Below are positions 58,422 through 64,000 of a stretch of DNA of 64,000 nucleotides, piece by piece; within the stretch, counting starts at the first letter, position 1, and each line of letters opens with the position of its first letter. Both the position numbers and the translations under genes were made by a program. Below the pieces are notes generated by a model, which did no database searches, was not told where the DNA came from, and saw only the letters and a program-made list of their open reading frames with translations. This DNA is from a virus (Duplodnaviria; Caudoviricetes). Where the stretch lies: positions 1-64,000 of the IMG/VR virus record IMGVR_UViG_3300017791_000355. One strand, written 5' to 3'.

Positions 58422-59214
58422 CAACATCCAGAAGCTCCTCACCGCCTGGCTCGCACCGTTCCAGGACATCGAGAACTGCCTGCAGCAGTTGGTCACCGAG
58501 CGCAGCGTTGATGACTCGGTTGGCGCGCAACTCGATGTTCTCGGGAAGATCGTCGGTCAGAGCCGTCTCGGACAAGACGACGACCTATATCGCCGGTACA
58601 TCCGGGCTCGCATCAGCGCAAATCGATCGAAGGGACGCATCTCCGACATCCTGCGGGTGTCCGACTTGATCGTGTACGACGATGCCGCGACGTACGTGCT
58701 CGACAACGAGGGTGCCGCCGCGTACGTGCTCCGGGTCGAGGGGACGACGGTCACGATCCCGGTACTCCAGGCTCTGGCCTACTTCCTCCGCTCGGCGACG
58801 TCCGCCGGCGTCCGCTCGATGGTTCAGGGAAATCAGAACCCGGCCACCAGTGCGTTCAACTTCTCGAACGGTCCGGGCAAGGGCTTCGGACAACTTCCGC
58901 AGCTCGACCTGGCACCGCTGACTACGAACGTGGACACCGTTGTCCGCCACCGCGACTCGCGAATCCCGACCCTCGCCCTGACCGCTGACGGCGCAGGCGC
59001 GGGGACGCTCACCAACGCGGGGGACGCGTGGACGTTCCACTTCCAGAGTGGCGTGACGACCGTCGCGCAGTTCGAGTCAGCGATCAATGCGAGTTCGGGG
59101 CTGGTAGTCCTGACGGCGGACGGCGTCGGAACGATGGGCGCCGGCGACGTCGTCGCGACGACACCGTTCACGAAGAGCGTCACCGGCGGTAAGTTCGCGT
59201 GCGTGTTCGAGTAG
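58414..59214 (+). CDS. baseplate wedge protein (DUF2612/gpI-like)
   Basis: GAQLDVLGKIVGQSR..DDDLYRRYIRARISANRSKG. Confidence 0.85.
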   Translation: MANNIQKLLTAWLAPFQDIENCLQQLVTERSVDDSVGAQLDVLGKIVGQSRLGQDDDLYRRYIRARISANRSKGRISDILRVSDLIVYDDAATYVLDNEGAAAYVLRVEGTTVTIPVLQALAYFLRSATSAGVRSMVQGNQNPATSAFNFSNGPGKGFGQLPQLDLAPLTTNVDTVVRHRDSRIPTLALTADGAGAGTLTNAGDAWTFHFQSGVTTVAQFESAINASSGLVVLTADGVGTMGAGDVVATTPFTKSVTGGKFACVFE

Positions 59215-59273
59215 CGCGTCCAGGGGACAGACTGGCTAGCGAGCCCTGTTCCAGTCAGACTCCCTGGACATAG

Positions 59274-60566
59274 ATGTCGAAGCCGCTCAACTTCCCTCAA
59301 TGGTCCACTGATCAGAATTTCACCGGCGGACCCGAGAACGGCACCCCCACGAAGGTCGAGCCGAGCTCGGGAAAGAAGGGGGAGGGGTGGGAGCCGTCAG
59401 AAGAACCCGCACCTCAGAGTCTCAACTGGTGGATGAACAACGTCGGCGAGTGGCAGAAGTACTTCGGGCATCGCGTTGGGCGCGTCACCGATCTGTCCAC
59501 CAACTGGTGGTGGTTGTTCCAGCGCGTTTCGCCCGGCGCCGGAGTCATCATCCCTGGATCAGCCGCGAAATGCGACGGCGATCCTCTCGATACGGGGGCG
59601 CCCACCTACGTGAACAGTGCCTGGACGATGGGCACCTCGACCAAGGTTCTCTACTATCCGGTTCAGGTGCTGGTCGGCAGCGTGTTGACGGGGTGGAAAC
59701 TCTACCTGCGCAAGACTTCCGCGACAGGCACGCTGACGGCGCAGCTGTTTCGCAGGAACATGACCACCGGCACTGAGACCGCGATCGGTAGCACGGACAC
59801 AGACAGCACCAACAATCCCGGCTTCATCACGCTCGACCACACGCTCACGACGCCATACAAGGTCCAGAACAGCCAAGAAGAGTACTACTTGAAGTTCACG
59901 CCGTCGGGCGTGACCGGAGACTTCGCGGCCGGAGCACAAGTTCTCAACTACGTTGACTTGACGCCGTGGACTACTTTGACGGCGGGTGGCGGAACGGTCA
60001 CTACGACGGTGCTCTCGACGGTCATCGGTGGAGGTATCGCCGCCGTACTCGATGTTCCGGCGAACACTGACCTAGCGTCTGTGATTGTCAGAACCGAATT
60101 GCGCATGGCGCCGTGCGATTCGAAGACCGTGCACCTCATGGAGTGGGAGTGCGACACCACGGAGTTGGTCGGCACGCCAGGGCTCACGTTCGCTGCCGGC
60201 TTCTCCAACGGCGGGGCAGTCACCGACGCGGTCTCGGTCGAGAAGACCAGCGCGTCGGCGAACTACTTCCTGCGAACCACGAACGGCACTGGCCCGACGA
60301 CGACGAACACCAACACCAACGTCGCGGCGGCCTCGGGCGTCACGCGCTTCACGCTGCTGTGGTTCGGGTCTGCGGTCGACAGCGGCGGTCAGCGCGCGGA
60401 GCTGTACATCAACGGTGCGCTCGTCGCGACTAACACGACGAACATGCCGAGCGGCGTGATCGATTTCAGTCCGACCATCGGTCTGCTGTCTACAGGCGCC
60501 ACTACCTCGACGATGCACGTCTCACCGCTGCGCTACCTCAGCGTGCGCTACCTGTTCGGGGACTAG
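59274..60566 (+). CDS. tail fibre protein
   Basis: N-terminal PSSGKKGEGW...PAPQSLNWWMN anchor motif. Confidence 0.75.
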   Translation: MSKPLNFPQWSTDQNFTGGPENGTPTKVEPSSGKKGEGWEPSEEPAPQSLNWWMNNVGEWQKYFGHRVGRVTDLSTNWWWLFQRVSPGAGVIIPGSAAKCDGDPLDTGAPTYVNSAWTMGTSTKVLYYPVQVLVGSVLTGWKLYLRKTSATGTLTAQLFRRNMTTGTETAIGSTDTDSTNNPGFITLDHTLTTPYKVQNSQEEYYLKFTPSGVTGDFAAGAQVLNYVDLTPWTTLTAGGGTVTTTVLSTVIGGGIAAVLDVPANTDLASVIVRTELRMAPCDSKTVHLMEWECDTTELVGTPGLTFAAGFSNGGAVTDAVSVEKTSASANYFLRTTNGTGPTTTNTNTNVAAASGVTRFTLLWFGSAVDSGGQRAELYINGALVATNTTNMPSGVIDFSPTIGLLSTGATTSTMHVSPLRYLSVRYLFGD

Positions 60567-61075
60567 CGCGCCCCGCAGTCCAGCGAGTCGCGCGCGTCGA
60601 GCGCGTCCAGGTACGAGGGCTCGCCCGTGCTCGGGTAGGCGTTCATGACGGAGCTCTGTAGGTTCGAGTGAGGGAGGCCCATCGCGTGTCCGAGCTCGTG
60701 CACGAGCATCCCGACCATGAATCTACCGGCGTCGCCGGTGTCGTCGGTCGTGGTGCCTGGCTGACGGATCTTGATGACACCGTCGTAGTCGTACGTGCCC
60801 ATCTCCCAGGTGTCCTCGTGCCACTGTGCGTTCGGAACGAGCACCACGTTGTGTCCGTCGTCGAGCTCGGGCTGTCCAGGTAGTGCGTGTAGAAAGGCGG
60901 GCGCGTCGCAGTGGACGTCCCGCAGACGGTTGTTCCAGACGTCGGCGGCCGCGTGGACCACGCGAGGCCACCAGGTCATCGACTCGTCGGCTGCGACCGC
61001 GCGCAGCGGGGCAGGGAAGTCACTCCAAGGAGACGGGGTGCACGCGGTCAACACAGTCAGCACGAGCAGTCGCAT
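60563..61075 (-). CDS. matrixin-like (M10) zinc metalloprotease lipoprotein
   Basis: LTAC lipobox; HELGHAMGLPH; SVM Met-turn. Confidence 0.88.
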   Translation of the reverse strand: MRLLVLTVLTACTPSPWSDFPAPLRAVAADESMTWWPRVVHAAADVWNNRLRDVHCDAPAFLHALPGQPELDDGHNVVLVPNAQWHEDTWEMGTYDYDGVIKIRQPGTTTDDTGDAGRFMVGMLVHELGHAMGLPHSNLQSSVMNAYPSTGEPSYLDALDARDSLDCGAR

Positions 61076-61195
61076 TTTTGCCCATCATGGATCCCCGCAT
61101 CCGCGTTGTCCACTGTAATTTCACGGGAATTTGATCCCTGGACTGGCGCTCCGGACGCTGGGCAGGATGCAATAGGTGCGCCATAGTCCCTGGAC

Positions 61196-61360
61196 GTGGC
61201 GGAAGACCCCGACAAGATTGCCGAGAACCGCAAGAAGTGGCGTCGCCGAGCGCTCGTCGCCGGCGTACTCCTCGGGTTTGCCTGCCACCTCCTGCCACAC
61301 GACTACCAGGCGCCGTGCAAGACGATCGCCAAGGTGTGTTCGGGTGGGCTGATCCCGTGA
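61196..61360 (+). CDS. small membrane protein
   Basis: CCCTGGAC-GTG start; KKWRRR then a hydrophobic stretch. Confidence 0.55.
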   Translation: MAEDPDKIAENRKKWRRRALVAGVLLGFACHLLPHDYQAPCKTIAKVCSGGLIP

Positions 61361-61398
61361 TCTCGCGACTCCGATCGATCTCCAGAAGGAATCTACAC

Positions 61399-61998
61399 AT
61401 GAAGCGTGCGTACACAGCCCTCTCTATCCTCGGCCTCACCCTGGTCTCCTTCACCGCGACCGCGTTCGCGGCCGGCGCGGTGGCACCTGATGGTTCCTCG
61501 GCGCTCGCCGACTACTTCTCCGCGATCGTCGACGCCGTCAAGCACGGTCAGTGGGCTCTCGCGGGCTCCGTCTCGGTCGTGCTGCTGATGGCGGCCGCGA
61601 AGAAGTACCTGCCCGACAGCCTCGGCGGGCGCTTCGTCCGCGGCGACGGGCTCGGCGGCGTGCTCTCGACCTTCGTGCTCTCGTTCGCCGGCTCGCTCGC
61701 GATCGCCCTCGCGCCGACCGGCGCGACGGTCAGCATGGCGATGGTCTACGCGGCCTCGAAGTTCGCCCTGGTCGCGATTGGCGGCTACGTCGCCCTGCAC
61801 AAGCTGGCGAGCGCGCTCGTCTCGACGCACTGGTGGGCCGACCACGCGCCCGCATGGCTCAAGTCGGGTGTGTCTCTGCTCCTCGCGCTGATCGGCTCGA
61901 CCGCGGTCGCGAAGGCGGAGAAGGCCGGCGAAGAGGCCGTGAAGGCGAACCCGCCCGCGGGCGCCGCTGGCCCGGCCGGCGAACCCTCGAGCATCTAG
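61399..61998 (+). CDS. multi-pass membrane protein (holin-like, tentative)
   Basis: Signal sequence plus several TM segments after tail genes. Confidence 0.55.
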   Translation: MKRAYTALSILGLTLVSFTATAFAAGAVAPDGSSALADYFSAIVDAVKHGQWALAGSVSVVLLMAAAKKYLPDSLGGRFVRGDGLGGVLSTFVLSFAGSLAIALAPTGATVSMAMVYAASKFALVAIGGYVALHKLASALVSTHWWADHAPAWLKSGVSLLLALIGSTAVAKAEKAGEEAVKANPPAGAAGPAGEPSSI

Positions 61999-62004
61999 GT
62001 CGCC

Positions 62005-62376
62005 GTGACTCGCCGCTTGGCAGTCGCGCTCACCGCAGCGCTCACAATCACCGCGCCGAGCGTCGCGCTCGGCGATCCCGAGCCCCTGCCGACCGAGCAC
62101 GTTGTCGTGCGCACCGAAGGTGCAACGGTCGTCGTGCCTGGTGAGCCGAGTCCGCGCATCTTCGGCCTCCCCGTAGGCTCGCACCTCCTCACCCCGCCGT
62201 CGTGGGAGCGCCTGGACGTCGAGTTCAAGCGGCTGCAGGAAGCAGAAACGCGGTTGAGGGCGGAGAACGACTCGTTCCGCAAGACCGCCGCTTCTTGGCA
62301 GCCCGGCTGGAAGATCCTCCTGACCACGCTCGTCGTCGGCGTCGCCGGTGGCGTCTACCTGGGCACGAGATTCTAG
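62005..62376 (+). CDS. membrane protein, possibly spanin-like
   Basis: Signal, coiled coil, C-terminal TM. Confidence 0.45.
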   Translation: MTRRLAVALTAALTITAPSVALGDPEPLPTEHVVVRTEGATVVVPGEPSPRIFGLPVGSHLLTPPSWERLDVEFKRLQEAETRLRAENDSFRKTAASWQPGWKILLTTLVVGVAGGVYLGTRF

Positions 62377-62416
62377 GAGCGGAAGCGCGGCGTTGAGCCC
62401 GGAGTTTTTCAGGACG

Positions 62417-63799
62417 ATGGAGCAGTCCTCAGACGCGACCTCGACCTACCTGAAGACGTGTAGCAACTGCGAGCGCACGCTTCCGGAAGACGACTTCCAA
62501 CCGCGGCGGGATTCCCCGGACGGACGTCGAGGGACGTGTCGAGAGTGCGAGCGCGAGTACCGGCGAACGAGGTCGCTGCTCGACCAGGACGAGGCGCTCC
62601 TCCGAATGATCGAGGAGGGCGGGGAGTCGATGCTGTCGTTCGCGTTGCCGCTCGAGCGCGCGAGCGCCGAGTCGCTCCTCCGACTCGGCAGCGTGGTCCA
62701 GGCCGCTCTCGAGCTCCAACTCGACCCGCGACAGCTTCGAGCGCACCTCAGCGAGCTCCAGCGCCGCGCCGCCACGCGAGGCTGGTCGCCGACGAGTGAC
62801 ATGACCAAGACGACGCCGCCCGGCTACCACGTCAAGGGCGTGTCGACGTACTACAAGATCGATCCGGACACCGGCGAGTCGCGCCCGTCGGGTCAGTGGG
62901 TGAAGACCAAGCGTGACGAGGAGAGCCGGTTCGAGGCGATGCTCGACGCGCTCTCGGCCGTCGCCGAGCCCCTCCGCGGGTTGGCGGATCCGATCACCCC
63001 TCGCGCGGTTCACGACGCGGACCTGCTCTGCGTCTACCCGATGGGCGACCCTCACGTGGGCCTGATGGCGTGGCCTGCGGAGACTGGCAACGCGTTCGAC
63101 CTGCGCATCGCCGAGGACAGTCTCTTCGCGGCCGTCGACCACTTGGTGAACCTCGCGCCTCCCGCCGCGAACGCGCTCATCATGAACCTCGGCGACTTCT
63201 TCCACGCCGATAACAAGAAGAACGAGACCACCAAAGGCACGCCCGTCGACGTCGACAGTCGCTGGCCGAAGGTGCTCGCGACCGGCATCCGCGTGATGCG
63301 CCGCCTGATCGACCGCGCGCTCGAGAAGCACGCACACGTCACCGTCATCAACGAGATCGGCAACCACGACGACCACTCGTCGATCATGCTGTCGATCGCT
63401 CTCGCGCAGTTCTACGAGCGCGAGCCTCGCGTCACGATCGACACTTCGCCCGAGCCGTTCCACTGGTACCGCTTCGGCAAGGTCCTCATCGGCGTTCACC
63501 ACGGCGACAAGACCAAGCCGATGGACCTGCTCGGCGTGATGGCCTGCGATCGCGCGCAGGACTGGGGCGAGACCGAGCACCGCTACTGGTACATCGGCCA
63601 CGTCCACCACGACACGCTCAAGGAGCTCCCCGGCGTCACCGTCGAGTCGTTCCGCACGCTCGCGGGACGCGACGCCTGGCACCACGGCCAGGGCTACCGC
63701 GCTGGTCGCGACATGAAGCTCGACGTCGTCCACCGACTCCACGGCAAGATCAATCGTCACATCGTCGGCATCGGTCAGCTGCTCGCGCTCGCTGCCTAG
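62417..63799 (+). CDS. calcineurin-like metallophosphoesterase with N-terminal Zn finger
   Basis: CSNC...CREC; GDPH, GDFFH, GNHD, HHGD, GHVHH. Confidence 0.85.
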   Translation: MEQSSDATSTYLKTCSNCERTLPEDDFQPRRDSPDGRRGTCRECEREYRRTRSLLDQDEALLRMIEEGGESMLSFALPLERASAESLLRLGSVVQAALELQLDPRQLRAHLSELQRRAATRGWSPTSDMTKTTPPGYHVKGVSTYYKIDPDTGESRPSGQWVKTKRDEESRFEAMLDALSAVAEPLRGLADPITPRAVHDADLLCVYPMGDPHVGLMAWPAETGNAFDLRIAEDSLFAAVDHLVNLAPPAANALIMNLGDFFHADNKKNETTKGTPVDVDSRWPKVLATGIRVMRRLIDRALEKHAHVTVINEIGNHDDHSSIMLSIALAQFYEREPRVTIDTSPEPFHWYRFGKVLIGVHHGDKTKPMDLLGVMACDRAQDWGETEHRYWYIGHVHHDTLKELPGVTVESFRTLAGRDAWHHGQGYRAGRDMKLDVVHRLHGKINRHIVGIGQLLALAA

Positions 63800-63819
63800 T
63801 CACGTTCTCGGAGAACAGC

Positions 63820-64000
63820 ATGTATCAGCCCACAGGGTTCGCGCTCGACATCTTCCGCGCGCGTCACGCAGCACACGAGAACGAGACCTGGGAGGAGGGC
63901 TGCGACCGTGTCGCGGTACACGTCTCGAATGCCGAGTCTGGAGAAGCTCGAGCGGAGTGGCGCGACAAGTTCGCCGACGTGCTCAAGCAGAACCTCTTCA
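63820..64000 (+). CDS. ribonucleotide reductase large subunit, N-terminus (truncated by window)
   Basis: DIFRARH...ETWEEGCDRVA...F...NLF. Confidence 0.7.
   Translation, partial: MYQPTGFALDIFRARHAAHENETWEEGCDRVAVHVSNAESGEARAEWRDKFADVLKQNLF

Overview
A 64-kb segment of a large, high-GC, probably temperate myovirus genome. The host is plausibly a myxobacterium or similar Gram-negative high-GC bacterium (inference from attP-in-int architecture, RCC1 and lipoprotein accessory genes). Layout: 1-19.6 kb small early/accessory ORFs, including a TerS-like gene, an AT-rich plus 32-bp repeat locus, four tandem paralogues, NADAR, a MazG/HisE-like plus class II aaRS-like pair, a Dda-like helicase and an SPFH-like protein; 19.6-22.4 kb lysogeny module whose tyrosine integrase contains a tRNA-3'-end attP; groES and a portal fused to an inorganic-pyrophosphatase-like domain; 28.5-37.2 kb about 35 tRNA genes covering all 20 amino acids, with an HD hydrolase, two HNH genes and an RCC1 protein; 38-60.6 kb head and contractile-tail genes; then membrane/lysis-like genes, a metallophosphoesterase and the start of a ribonucleotide reductase. 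The main finding is a candidate ribosome-dependent attenuator in front of the main tRNA array: a 39-codon leader peptide, an antiterminator, a terminator and a boxA-like site. The leader uses all 18 amino acids whose tRNAs lie in that array, while the Leu and Ser tRNAs lie outside it, suggesting a sensor of general tRNA damage that switches on replacement tRNAs. A GTCCAGGG/CCCTGGAC motif marks about 30 mostly intergenic or start-proximal sites. All calls were made by eye; no database searches were run.
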